A stretch of DNA of 64,000 nt from positions 496,001 through 560,000 of the forward strand of contig OY253682.1 of NCBI GenBank assembly GCA_958009085.1, given 5' to 3'. Of the stretch, positions 34,178-47,522 are shown piece after piece. This DNA comes from Protoeuglena noctilucae. Taxonomy: Eukaryota. The notes below the pieces were generated by a model that ran no database searches, was not told the DNA's origin, and saw nothing but the letters and a program-made list of their open reading frames with translations. Both the position numbers and the translations under genes were made by a program. Numbering within the stretch: the first letter of the stretch is position 1; each line of letters starts with the position of its first letter.

Positions 34178-37100
34178 TCAGCTCTTCGCCTGGCCAGCCA
34201 CGGCAGCCAGCAGCGCCGACCCGGGTGCCAGTACGGCCCTTAGTCGCCTCAGCAAGTCTGGGTCCTTTGCATCCTTGAGAGCCGCCGCCGCCTCCTCCAC
34301 CATGCCCACCTGCTCGAGAGCCACGCAGCGCTGCAGTAGGTCCGGAATGCGCAGGGCAAACCGCTCCTGCAGGTCCCGTGGTGCCCCGGCCTCCGCGCAG
34401 ATCTTGAAGGCCCTCGCGGGGGGCAAGGCAGCCTTGCGGTCGCGGGAGAGCGCCCCGAGAGCCGCCCAGTTCCGCTGGCTCGCGAGCGCCTGCGCCTGCA
34501 GCACGCCGTACGTGGCCTCTGCGCAGAGCGGGGGCAGAAGTGAGGTCACGCAATGAGTGATGACGTTATCAGGTGCTGCCCTCACACGCATGCTACTGTG
34601 CTGCGCCACGTCTGAACTCGTGAGAGTCTCAAGTTTGCTGCAAGCGGTGAAACTCCACCCCCACCCCACCAGGGTGGCCTGCCATGCGAGGGCGTCACGC
34701 ATCGGGTGCAGTCTCCCACCTGGGATGCGGAACTCCCCCTTGACTTGGGCAGCCTGCTTGGGCATGTTGTGGGCCAGGCACGCCCGCACGGTGTCCAACA
34801 GACTCAGCCCCACGAACATCCCCGGTCGCTTGGCCTCGACCTCGAACCGCGTCTGCAGCTTGTGCAGCGACGACAGCTCCGCGCACACGCGCGACATGAA
34901 CTGCGCGTCCGAGACGTCCTTGAGGCTGTCCAGGCGCTTCGAGGCGCCCGACAGCGCCGTGGAGAAACCCTCGATGTCCACGGGAGCGCCCTGGATGGCA
35001 GATAGGGAATCAAAGTATGACCGCATGCTGCCGGCAGCACGAGCCTACGTGCGGTTGTTCCGGATCCCCGTTTCGCCTATCTGTGCCCTCCTGCTAGCTC
35101 ACAGCCAGCACCCCTCACCTTGCTGCACCACCAGAAACTTGCGCCCGCTCACCCGCAGACACGCGGCCGCCCTGGCCTCCGTGGCCACCTCCACGAGGAA
35201 CCTCGCCAGCCCCGCAGCGTCCCCCGACTCCTCGAGCGCCGCCTGCACCAGGTGCGGGCTGGTCCGCCGCCCGTGCGTCCGGAACAAGGCCATGGCTGGG
35301 GGCCAGGACTGCAGAAGAGCGGCGAAGTCCGGGAACGGCATGTGCTTGAGCGCGTGGAAGAGCGCCGCGAAGGTCATGTCCGAGTCCATGCCCTCCATGG
35401 CCATGTCCAGGGCCTTGTCGAACTCTTTCAGGTCCATCAACAGGGGGACCTGGGAGCACAAGAGGGCGGGTGCTTGAAGGTGATTGTGTGACGGCGTAGG
35501 TGCACCTGTACCGCGCTTTGGGCGTGTCATGTACATGTGATGCACAGGCGTCTTGCGCAATCTCTTGCGACTCCGTGCTGAGAGCAGCTCGCTCTCTTTC
35601 ACCCACCAAGCCAGCAAGGCATATGGCTGAGGGGCACATGGATGGGTGCCCATGCACAGTCACACGGTCACCTGCCGGCGCACGTCGGGTTCCTGGCTGA
35701 TGAGCGCGAACGCGAGGCGGCGCCGGCCGGCGGAGGCCGCAAACGCCGCGACTTTGTGGAACGCCACCCCCGGCACCCCTTGCAGCTGCGGGGGAGTCGG
35801 GCGCGGAGCCAACAAGTCAGCGTGCCCAACAGCATCCTGTACCGTGGATGGGACATGCATGAGTGCCACTGTGTTTGAGAACCCACTGGAGCCCGGCAAC
35901 CTCTTGGTGTGACGAGTCGGCATCGTCGCCACCATGTCATAGCCCATGCCACTCCACCTCACAGCCCCCTTTTCTCTCGCCTTGGAGTTCAGCATCGCCT
36001 CCAGCTCCTCGTCTGACAGCGTGTCTGACACGGAGACCTTGCAGATGGCCCAGTGGTTGAGCACCTTGCCCACGTCCAACCGAAGCTCCGTCGCGATCTG
36101 CAAGCGGGGGGCGTGCTGTGACCCACTCACCCAGCGCTTGCACCAAGCGCGCGCACACGCAGCGGTGGCAAGTCGACTGCCGCACACAGCTCTTCTATTT
36201 AGCACCAGTATGACAACACTAGCCCTCAGCCTCACCTGGTGTGCGAGCCGGTGCAGGCGCAGGGACAGAAGGCAGTCCAGGATGCCTTCGTAGCCCATGC
36301 TCCTGGCCTGCGCCGCGGTCAGCGGGAGCCCAACGTCCTCGGAACGCAGGCTCGCGAGGACGCGGCACAGCTGCGTCGCCTCGGGCAGCAGCTCCTGCTT
36401 CCACCCGGTCCTGCGGCCACAACGTGCTGCTGTCGGTCATAACAATCATAGCGTGGGTGCATGTGTTGCTGAGGGGACTCCCGATGCTAACTCAGTCACT
36501 GACGGGTGGCTGCGGCAGGCGAGACTGGCGAGATGCGATGAGCGCCACGGAAGCTTTGCGAGCGGAGGTCGGGTCACGCCCGACAGGCCCCGCGCCCTCA
36601 CCGGCAGAGTGGCCGCCCGTACACGGCAGCCTGGAGCAGCCGCTTCTGCCTTGCGATGTCCCACTCCGCCAGCGCGGCAGCCACGCACGTCTCCACGGCA
36701 TCCTCCATCGGAGTGGGGACGTCCTGACTTTCAGGGTTAACACCTGCGTGCCGCCTGCTCGACCCCCGGGCAATCTGAGAGAGCAGACGCTCCGCCTGCG
36801 AGCACATGAGCGAGGTGGAGATACTTTATTACATGTATGTTATCCAAAAAGAGCTGGCTTGGAGTCATTCGAACCCGTGGTAATAGCAGTAGCATATCTC
36901 AACTGTTGCGCCGCAGCCGCATGTGTCGCAGGGTGACACACCTGGGGATCCTCAGCGTCGAATAGCAGCCGCGCGTCGTAGAGCGTCGCGGCGGGCTCGA
37001 GGCTCCCGATGCCAAAGACGCTGCGAGAGCTCGACGGCACTCGCTCCAGCATCCACGTGCGCTCCTCCTCCACCACGCGGACGTGGTCCGACTCGCCGAC

Positions 37101-38808
37101 CAGCACGCTCCCAGGTCCACAGGGGAACGCCACGTGGTCGCCCTCGGGGCCTAAGACCAGCACCTGCATCGCACACAGGGCTGGCAATATGTTCAAGGTT
37201 GGACAACACGACAGGCTTCACCCGCGGGCGGTGGGGCTGCGAATTAGACATGTAGTGTGGCTGCGGGTCAGACATGCGTTGGGACTGCCACCTGCCACCC
37301 CCAGGGTTGCGTCGCGGCATGCACCTGGTTCGCCGTGAGGAGGACGATGGCGTCGGACCCGCACCAGCACATCTGCAGTAAGGCGGAGGCCTTGACAGGA
37401 ATGGCCACGTCGGTGACGAGGCTGCTGAAGTCCACCGTGTAGACGCGGAGGGAGCCGTCGGTGGAGAGGACTGCCACAAAGGCAGCGCCCGACGAGACGG
37501 ACAGCTGCGGTCACGACACGGCTCTGGTTAAGACTCATCCAACCTAGCGAAACTGCAAACTGATACAGGAAGACTGCCCCGACCATACAGGCTGCCATGC
37601 TATGCTACACACGCGAGTCTCTCGTCACGTGCAGCTCGCCTGGACCACGGGGGGAATGTCGAGCTTGAAATCCACGCAGGACTGCGGGTCGACGGCCATG
37701 ACGGTGTTCTGCATGCCCAGCAGGACCTCAGGCCCCCCGGAGAGCGTGGAGGAGGGGTCGAGGATCGCCCAGGCCTGCGGCACGCGCAGGAGGGCAGGGG
37801 CGGCCAGCCTGCGGGGCACCGGAGGAAGGGATCTCACTAACGAAGCCTAGGGAAATGCAGGATGACAGCGCTAGGGCTCTCAGAGACGCAGGGAGCAGGG
37901 CTGGCAGTCACGGTCGGGCGTGGGCCGTGCACTGCCGCTCGCCTCGTCACGCGGGGCTCGGCCCAGTCGGACACGGCCAGGATCTGCATGGTGCCCGTGA
38001 TGACCACGACGCACGATGCGATAACTTGGCACGACTGCACGCCGTCCCTGCGAGCGTCGTCCCCAAAGGAAAAGGCGGACTTGGGCGGGCCCCCGAACGG
38101 GTCGAACCGGCTCACTTCGCCGCGCTCGTCGACAACTGCGGAGAGTGGAACGAGAAGGGCGGCGTCTGGCGCGTGCACCCCTGCCCTTGCACACGCTCTC
38201 CTGAGACGACAGGGCTGGGCAAGGGAGGACGATTCCCCAGCGTGGCACCTATGAGCTCCCGCTCGTGCGTCCAACCCATGCCGCGGATTAATCGCTGCTT
38301 CTCCAGGCCCACGGTCGCGAGCGGCGCCCCCGCTGCGTTGAACGTGCGGACCAGGGGCGGGCCGGGTGCCCGGTTCACCAACAGGGACGCCTTCTGCGGG
38401 TGCGAAGTGCACCGATGGATGCTTGCAGTAGTACAGATCTTCGCGGGGAGGAGAACATCTGCATCACTCGCGTAATTGGCCCAATTCGCACCTGCCCTAC
38501 GAGGGCCGCGATGGGCCCGCCCAAGCCCGCACACGCGGCCACCCCGTCCCTGAGCGGCGACGGCTTGCCCCATCTCATCGAGTATATGTCACGCACGACA
38601 TAGAAACTGCGCGCGTGAATGATTGTGGCAGTGCGTTGAGCACCGCGAGGCCGAGAACGCGGAGGACCCCTGCCTGCGCCGGGGCAGACGCATCGCGCAG
38701 GAGCTGAAGACGGCCCAGGAACCGCAAGCATCGGATCCGTCGCGGGACGCACCTGTCCGCGCAGGCATGCCACTCCCCCGCTGGAGAGCCCCTCTCGATG
38801 GCCACCAT
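34178..38808 (-). CDS. VPS16: Vacuolar protein sorting 16 (HOPS/CORVET subunit), multi-exon
   Basis: W..FY..DIYSM.W..GGPIA; VFGIGSLEPAATLYDA; AALAEWDIARQKRLLQAAVYG; VLNHWAICKV; QVPLLMDL..ALDMA. Confidence 0.85.
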
Positions 38809-39608
38809 GCCACCATTCCTGGGCCTGGGGCCCCCGCAGCGTGCTCCGAGGGTCAGAGGGGACGACACGCGTGCAGCGGACCTCCAGGCCCTGCCTTGTT
38901 GGTCCTGGCTATTGTTCGAGGCTTACCAGACTCACACAGCTGACAAGACAAGCGCCGTTCGCAAGCCACGTACAAGTTGGTTTCGACAGAGTAGGCACAG
39001 GGTACAAAAAGGGCTGCTTCTTGCCTGGCAATGCATTTGTGCTGCACACACGAAGGGGAAAAAGCGGATTGCCCTTGCCGTCACACATGCAACGCAGCTG
39101 ACAACTTGCGATTCCATGGGGCGTCTGACGCGCAGCTGCGCCAGTCAGACCATCCCACGGCGGTGCCGCGGCTCGCGTCAAGGGCCGATCTGCCACGGCA
39201 TGGGGCCCAGTCGTCGTCTTCACCCAAGATCGACCTTCAGTGATCCAGGTGATGGCTCGGATGCGCCAGATCCCTCTCCCACGCGACGATTGGACGAGAT
39301 CGTCTCGGTGCTGTTAAGCCGCGTCCTCCATCGCATCGGCGCCCTGGCAGCGCTCCTGGTTGCAATGTGGTCCTTTCCCGTTGCATCGGCGCCCTGACTG
39401 TGGCCCCTGGTCGCTAGATACCGTCCCATAGCATGCTGCGCCTCCGATGAACGTTGGCCTCAATCTATCGCATCAGCCTTCCCGCTGGCCTTTCCATGGC
39501 AGGGTGGCCGTTGCACGGGCGCTCCCCGCTGGCCGCTGTGCCGTCGCGGCCGCTGCTGCCGGGCCACGCACCGTACGAGGCCCACGTGGTCCCACGCTTG
39601 CCTGCAGG

Positions 39609-40070
39609 ATGGCCCGCTGCATCGCTGCCCTGGCCGCCATGGCCCTCGCCCTTTCCACGATGGCCGCTGCCGCCAAGACATACGAGGTGGCTTGGGGCGA
39701 GCCCGCCAAGCCCCAGATGCTGACGGCCCACTGCGGCGACAGCATCCTCTTCAACTGGAAGACCAACGGAGAGCACGGAGTCTTCTTGGAGCCGCGCAAG
39801 GTGGAGTACCCAGGCGGCGGGGAGCGCAGTGCCGCCCTCGCTTCGCTTCTTGCTTCCTCGCTCACGGCCATTCCTCTCCCGGCCGTGCAGATGTGCCCGA
39901 TGAGCACCACGCCCCAGGGCGGAGAGAAGCAGATCTCTCCCATCGTTAACGACTCCACGGTGACCTACACCATCCCCGCCGACTACAGCGGCATGCTGTA
40001 CTTCGCCTGTCAGGTGCCGGGAGCCTGCCAAAAGGGCATGTTCACGGACGTCAAGGTCGTGTGCCCCTGA
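39609..40070 (+). CDS. Secreted cupredoxin / phytocyanin-like small protein
   Basis: Signal peptide MARCIAALAAMALALSTMAAA; GDSILFNW..HGV; YFACQVPGACQKGM. Probable in-frame intron 39801-39890. Confidence 0.8.
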   Translation: MARCIAALAAMALALSTMAAAAKTYEVAWGEPAKPQMLTAHCGDSILFNWKTNGEHGVFLEPRKVEYPGGGERSAALASLLASSLTAIPLPAVQMCPMSTTPQGGEKQISPIVNDSTVTYTIPADYSGMLYFACQVPGACQKGMFTDVKVVCP

Positions 40071-41205
40071 ACGCGGCACTGGGGACCGGTCCATGCCTTC
40101 GCTGGCAGCGCTGCTCGGGTGGGGCGTTGAAGCTTGCACCACAGCTCGCACCACTGCCCGGTGACCCGTCACGACCCCATGAGTCCCTGGAGCTGAGGGC
40201 GCCACGGCCGCCTCTGTGCTCGTCCGCAACCCAAACAGTCATTGACGGATGAAGTGCTCCACCGCGGCTAAATCGGGCCGGCGGCCACCCTGACTCGGCA
40301 CCTGACAACTGGCGCCCTTATCCCCCGCCCCGCCATGCCCTGCACCCCGCCACCTCTTCCGGCATTACCACGCCCGACATTGCGATCGTTTCGCTCCCGG
40401 GGGGCGCTCCGACTCGCGCTCTCTGCGGCGGATCTGTGCATTTGTCGGTGGGGCCCGCGACGGATATGAGGACGGCGCTCGTGGGCCGCCTGGCGGGCTC
40501 ACTGGCCTCGACATCGGTGAGTTCTGGGTCCCGGCCGGCCCGTCGCCACCCCACCTCGGCCGGCGTCACGCCCACGGTCTCCTTGAGCCCAGCGCGCGCC
40601 TGGCCGGCCAGTCCGGGCCGTCGGCCGCGTGATCGAAGGCGCGCGCCGCTCTGTAGCTCGGGAGCTCCCTCGGCGGAGCGCCGGGACCGGCTCTTCCGGG
40701 TTGACTGTCGTGGCGCGCTTTTTTCTCGACGTGGGGCTCGGGAGCGCACGCGCGGGTCGCACGCGGACGTGTTTGCGTCGCTTTGAGATCGCCGGGCGTC
40801 TCCTCGGCCCCCCCGTCGCGCAGGGAGCGCCCTGCCACCGTCCTGGTGGCTGCCCGGGGCCCCGGCCGCGGGGGGTCCTCCCGACGCCCTTTGCGGGCGC
40901 TCGGGACGCGCGTCGCCGTTTCGCGGAGCTGGGCTTTCCTCCCTGGCGACCGCGCGCGCCACAACGGCATGCCCCCCGCGTCTCCTGGCCGCGGCCTCAG
41001 CGCCCGCGTTCGCTGCCGCCCCGCGGCTCGACCCCGTCGAGCGCCGCCCGAACGCCGCCGTTGTAGCCACGTCTGTCCTGGGTGCAAGTCGCGGGGGCGC
41101 TCGGCCGGGCGCCGGCGCGCGGGAAACCTACTTCTGCCTGGGCGCCCCGGGAGGCGCCCCCCGGTCGGCTGTCCGTGCCGCGGCGTCCGTCTGCTCGCTT
41201 TCGTG

Positions 41206-44200
41206 ATGCATATCACTGACGTTTCCAGTCGCGGCGTGACCGGCCGGGCCCGCGCGTGCCAGCGCGGCGCTTTTAGGCACGCTCGCAGCGTCGGTGCCCG
41301 CCCCTCGAGATCGGGGCCGGACGCGGGCCTGGAGCCCGTCGGTGTGCTCCACGACAGATCCTCACCGGCGACGTTGACCCGATCACCCCGCAGGGCCCGA
41401 GGCAAGCCGCGCCGAGCCCCTGCGTGGGTCTGCGCCGCGTCAACGCCGTCGACCATGCCGCCCGCCTGACGAGCCGCCCCGCGACCCTGGGCGCCGCCGT
41501 CCAGCGGGCCACGAGGGTGTCGCGGAGGCACGGCGTCACGGCTCGCCTCCAGACCCGGGCCATGTTTGAGCGCTTCACGGAGAAGGCCATCAAGGTCGTA
41601 ATGCTGGCGCAGGAGGAGGTGAGACCAAGAGTCTCGCGGGCCGCTTGCCCCGCGCGATCGGGCGCTCTTCGACCTTGCAGTGCGCTGGCCGGGGCTGCTT
41701 GCCCGACGCTGCGGTGGGAGGGTGAGACGGTCCCCCACCCTGAACCCTCGACTTGCGTTCGCAGGCCCGTCGCTTGGGCCACAACTTCGTGGGGACGGAG
41801 CAGCTGCTCCTGGGCCTGATCGGCGAGAGCACGGGCATCGCCGCCAAGGTCCTCAAGTCGATGGGCATCACGCTCAAGGACACGCGGAGCGAGGTTGAGA
41901 AGATCATCGGTCGGGGTTCGGGCTTCGTGGCGGTGGAGATCCCCTTCACGCCGCGCGCCAAGCGCGTGCTGGAGCTGGCGCTCGAGGAGGCTCGCCAGCT
42001 GGGCCACAACTACATCGGCACGGAGCACATCCTGCTGGGGCTGCTGAAAGAGGGCGAGGGCGTGGCGGCGCGCGTGCTCGACACGCTGGGGTGCGACAAG
42101 GACAAGGTCCGCTCGGCCGTCATCCGCATGGTCGGCGAGAGCCAGGAGGCGGTCGGGGCCGGCGTGGGCGGCGGGCAGTCGGGGTCGAACAAGGCGAGTG
42201 GCCCGAGGGTCTGGTTAGGCGATCACGGTCTGGCTGCACGGGGTGCTGACAGCGACCCATGCAGCTAGAAATGCGAAGGAGGTTTAGGAGGGTCAAGGAG
42301 CCGGTGGCGAGTGGTTACCTCGCCTCGTTCGCGTCAGCATAATCGGCCCTTCCTCGCCCGTCGCCGCGCAGACGCCGACGCTGGAGGAGTACGGCACGAA
42401 CCTGACGCAGCAGGCGGAGGAGGGCAAGCTGGACCCCGTGGTGGGCCGCGTGAAGGAGATTGAGCGCGTCATTCAGATCCTGGGCCGGCGCACCAAGAAC
42501 AACCCGTGCCTCATCGGCGAGCCCGGCGTGGGCAAGACGGCCGTGACGGAGGGCCTGGCGCAGAAGATCGCCAACAACGACGTCCCGGAGACGATCGAGG
42601 GCAAGCAGATCATCTCCCTCGACATGGGCCTGCTCGTGGCGGGCACCAAGTACCGTGGCGAGTTTGAGGAGCGCCTCAAGAAGCTCATGGAGGAGATTAA
42701 GCAGAACGACGACATCATCCTCATGATCGACGAGGTCCACACCCTCATTGGCGCGGGTGCCGCGGAGGGCGCCATTGACGCGGCCAACATCCTCAAGCCC
42801 GCCCTCGCCCGTGGGGAGCTCCAGTGCATCGGGGCCACCACGATCGACGAGTACCGCAAGCACATCGAGAAGGACCCCGCCCTCGAGCGCCGCTTCCAAC
42901 CCGTGCAGGTGACGCCCTGGGACTTGCACGGAGCGGATGACGCAGGCCTGCAGCTAACGCGCCAGTGTTCGTTGGCCCTCACTTGCCTTTACTTACATCA
43001 CGACATACATGTTGACTTTGCCCCGCAGGTCCCCGAGCCCTCCGTGGACGAGGCCATTGAGATCCTTCACGGCCTGCGCGAGCGGTACGAGGCCCACCAC
43101 AAGCTGACGTACTCCGAGGAGGCGATCGAGGCGGCCGTCAAGTACGCGCACCAGTACATCTCGGACCGCTTCCTGCCCGACAAGGCCATCGACCTGATCG
43201 ACGAGGCCGGGTCGCGCGTGCGCCTGCGGCACGCGGCGCTCCCTGAGGAGGCCAAGGAGCTCGAGAAGCAGCTGCGCGCCATCCAGAAGGACAAGGAGGC
43301 CGCCGTGCGGGCCCAGGACTTCGAGAAGGCCGGCAGCCTGCGCGACAAGGAGGTGGAGCTCAAGACGCAGATCAGCGCCATCGTCGGCGGGGCCAAGGAG
43401 CAGGAGAAGGCAGAGGTGAGGCCTGAGGGCGGGCGGTGGGATGTGGTGGTGGTGGGGTGTGCATGGGACACTATGCTGTGGGCGGTGTGGTGCGTGGGGC
43501 GCCTTGTACGGTTGCATGCCAGGCGGGCTTGTTGACCCTGCCGTCGACCCGTGTGCACTCGTCCTCATGCCATCTCTCTTGCCCGCCCCCCGCAGGCGGA
43601 GGCGAGCGGGACGGGCGGCCCGGTGGTGACGGAGGCGGACATCGCCAACATCGTGTCCCAGTGGACGGGCATCCCGGTCGAGAAGGTGTCGTCGGATGAG
43701 TCGGAGCGGCTCGTCAAGATGGAGGAGGTGCTGCACAAGCGCGTGATCGGGCAGGAGGAGGCCATCGTGGCCATCTCCCGGGCCATCCGCCGCGCCCGTG
43801 TCGGGCTCAAGAACCCCAACCGTCCCATCGCCTCCTTCATCTTCGCCGGGCCCACGGGTGTCGGCAAGTCGGAGCTCGCCAAGACCCTCGCGTCCTTCTA
43901 CTTTGGCTCCGAGGAGGCCATGGTGAGCGGCGCAACCCTTGCGATGCGCTGGGCTGCTGCGCGTCCGGCTGGGCTGGGCCCGACGCGGGGGCTGGGCGCG
44001 GCAGGCGGCATCTGTGGGATAGTCACAACGCTTCGCCCTTTCGATACGACATTGCCCACGTTGCTTTCACCCGCCAGGTGCGCCTCGACATGTCCGAGTT
44101 CATGGAGCGACACACGGTGTCCAAGCTCATCGGGTCGCCCCCCGGCTACGTGGGCTACTCGGAGGGTGGCCAGCTGACGGAGGTGAGCGGCGCACACGCC

Positions 44201-45137
44201 ACCTGTAACCATGCTGGTCTGATGGCGACGGGGTGGGGCGCGCCAGTACCTTGCCCGCCCTGCGTGCCTGCGTATCACCACCAGGCCCCCACCCGACCAG
44301 TGACTTGAACCGTCGTTGCCCGACCCGTCGACCGCAGGCAGTGCGCCGGCGCCCCTACACGGTGGTGCTGTTCGACGAGATTGAGAAGGCGCACCCCGAC
44401 GTGTTCAACATGATGCTCCAGATCCTGGAAGACGGCCGCCTGACGGACAGCAAGGGCCGCACGGTGGACTTCAAGAACGTGGTGGTGATCCTCACGTCCA
44501 ACGTCGGGAGCGCCGTGATTGAGAAGGGCGGCGGCGGGCTGGGCTTCCAGCTCGACACGGGGTCCGAGGAGGACAACTCATACGCCCGCATCAAGACGCT
44601 CGTCAACGAGGAACTCAAGCAGTACTTCCGCCCCGAGTTCCTCAACCGCCTGGACGACATCATCGTCTTCCGCCAGCTGACCAAGAACGAGGTGAAGCAG
44701 ATCGCCGACATCATGCTCGCGGACGTCATCCGCCGCGCTGAGGCCAAGGGCATCAAGCTGGACGTCACGGGGGCTTTCAAGGAGCGCCTGGTCGAGGAGG
44801 GCTTCAACCCCGCGTACGGTGCCCGCCCCCTCCGGCGCGCCATCATGCGCCTGGTGGAGGACAGCCTCGCGGAGCGCGTCCTGGCCGGGGACATCCAGGA
44901 GGGCGACAGGTGAGGAAGCAAAGGGAGCGGACGCCAGGGCGGAGCGGGGCGGAGGCGGTTGGGGACCGGAGTGGCGCTGACGGACCCACGCGTGCACAGA
45001 CTGATGGACTCACCGTCACCCTCCTCTTCCCACGCAGCATCATCCTGGACGTGAACGCCGAGGGCAAGATCGCGGTCCTCAACGGGGACCGCACGATGAC
45101 GACGGAGATCTCGAGCACCCCCGCTGGCATCGCGTAA
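41206..45137 (+). CDS. clpC: Plastid ClpC (Hsp93) AAA+ chaperone; transit-peptide exon and start uncertain, conserved part begins at 41562
   Basis: [71 protein letters not shown]. Confidence 0.95.
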
Positions 45138-45845
45138 GCAACCGCAGCGTGGGCCGCCCGCACGCCATGTGCCTCTGCGGCGTGCTAGGAGCAGGGCAGG
45201 AGCAGGACGCGCCGGCAGCCAAGAGGGCGGGAGGGACCGCGGGGTGCGGAGTTAAGGGCCACCCACATGATCGCCAGCGCGGCGAGCGAGCCGTGCGTCT
45301 TGCTTCCGGGGTTGGGCGGGATGTGTCGTGCCGGGGTGTGCCGGGGAAGGCGTGTTTTCCCGGTGCTCCCCTGGCGTTAGTTGCAGCAGAGTCCCGCGAT
45401 GGCTCTTTTCCTGGCCGAGCTGTGCTGTTCTGTAGCATCGTTTTCGACTTTGATTGACGGGGAGCTGCTCGGCTAGCCTCTCACTGGGCAGGGCTTTGTG
45501 AAGTGCCGGAAGCAGGCTTGAGCGTCACGAGTGTCAGCCCGAAGGCACCAGGCCTGACTACAGCCGCGGCAGGGAAAGGCGGGACAAGCGCATGGAATGT
45601 GACAAAAGCTACCCGTCACATTTCCCAGCTGGCGCACATGCCTGGGTGGTGGGCTGGTAGCGTTTCAGTCTGCTTAAATCTCGTCGTGTCGTCAGCCAGC
45701 AAGGGGAGTGCACGGCAGGGGCGCCACACCGCGGGTGCTCCAAGCCGGGGTCGCTACTGGCAGGGCAGAGTCACCCCGGTCAGCGAATCCGCGCCCGTCC
45801 CCGACTCCGGCCCACGAGCTACGCCTGGTCTACTTGGCCGTGGTT

Positions 45846-47292
45846 TCAAACGATCGTGAAGGAGTTGAAGGAGCCCTCGGCGTCGGCCTTGACGCCCTTG
45901 AACCACCGCTTGTCACCCGCCTGGATCTTGAGGATGTAGAGCTGGCCGTTGGCCACCGTGGCGGAGATGAGCTGGTGGCGCCCGCCCTCGTCGCCGTCCG
46001 CCGTGCGGGACAGGATGTTGAACCGGTAGGTGGGCCGGCCCTTCTTGTCCGCCACCTCCTCAAGCCCCAGCACCGACGCCGCCGACACGCGGTTCGGCGC
46101 AAACCCGCCCTCCGAGATGGTCTCGCCCGAGAAGGACTGCTGGCCCAGGAGGAACCCAAACTTCTTCAGGAACTCCTCGGGGCTGCCGTAGTCCTTCACC
46201 GAGCTGCCCGACGCCTTCTGGGTCAGCACCATGAGCGTGTTGACCTGCGGTGAAGAGAGTAAGCGAGAGACGGTGAGGACAACTCGCAAGGGCCCCGTGT
46301 CGAGGCGGCTGCCGATGCCAGTCGGGGGTGCTGGAACCCAGCACGCAGGCGCTCACCGCGTCGAAGTTGTCCTCGTAGCGGAGGGCCGTCTTCAGGCCGA
46401 AGCGGGCGAAGTCGTCCTCCTTGGACGGGTTCCACTTGGAGGGGAGGAGCACGGCGAAGTCGTCACCGGCGTAGGGGATGAAGCCCGTACTGTTCGTCAC
46501 GCGGCCGAACACGTTGGCCGTCTGCGCGGACGGAAGGGGAGGGCGGACCGGTCGAGGGCGCGAAGCGCACAGCGAAAGTCAAGCAATCGCGGACGCTCCC
46601 GCCGGGCCCCGGGCGTGCGGCGGGCGCGCTTGCCTGGCCGTACGCGGCGAGCGCGGGCTGCTCCTTGAGCGTGAGCGTGGCAGCGCCAACGAGGAGCGAG
46701 AGGGCAGCGCGCCGGTTCTGCGAGGGAGGGAGGAGCGAGGGCAACGATCGGTGTCGGCGCTCGGAGGGCCGCGCTCGCCGGCGGGGGAGGGATATGCGGG
46801 GGGGGATCTCGCTGACAGCTCGCGCTCCGGCGCCCGATTGCGCGCAAGGGCGGCGTCATCGCGCAAAGCGAGAATAAAAAATCGCATCGCCGGCGCATCG
46901 CGATACAAGGGGCCCACATCGCGCCGGCAGTGGGGGTCGAGACCCGGGCAGTTGAATGCCGTCGAAACGGGTCCCGTGGGGCTCGTCCGGAAGCGCGGCG
47001 ACGTCGCCCACGTACGTCATTGCTCAAACGCGCGCAGGGTGTTGCCGCGGGGCCGCGTGCGCCCATGAATCCGCGGGCAGGCCCAGATGGACCCCCCGGA
47101 TAGAGCCCCGCGCCGGGAGCCCCGCTTGCGCGATCTCCGCACCGCCGACCGGTGACAGGAAAGCAGTGACGGGCGCCTCTAGGATCGCGGCCGGCTCACC
47201 GCCTCGGGAAGGGCGGCAGCGGCCACGGCCCGCTTGGGGGCGCACCCCTTGACAGCCACGACGGGCTTGGCGACGGCGATGGAGGCGGCCAT
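45846..47292 (-). CDS. psbP: Photosystem II oxygen-evolving enhancer protein 2 with bipartite transit peptide and Tat signal
   Basis: MAASIAVAKPVVA..|NRRAALSLL..ALA-AYGQ|TANVFG; LPSKWNPSKE; TADGDEGGRHQLI; QAGDKRWFKG. Confidence 0.95.
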
Positions 47293-47522
47293 GGCGACGA
47301 GACAACAATCAGGGCCCGGCGCGGTGACGAATCTGCAGCCGGAACGCGCGCGCCGGCCCAATTTCGTCCCGCACGGGGATACCCTGATTTTCTGACGCAG
47401 GTCGGGGGTGCCGTGATCGCCGGGAACGCGGCCTAGTCGCGGCAGTGTGCATGTCAAAGCGCGGCGGCGCTCCGGGTTGGCCTCTGGGGGCTTCAATGGC
47501 TCATCTGCACGACGCGGCATGC

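Noticed and set aside
40318..41070. 250-aa minus-strand ORF upstream of clpC
   Set aside because: GTG start and low-complexity R/A/G/P content, as expected from very high GC; no domain.
45431..45435. TGTAG as a variant poly(A) signal (also seen after psaE, psbP and MAK)
   Set aside because: Too few cases, absent from several other 3' regions, and untestable without transcript ends.
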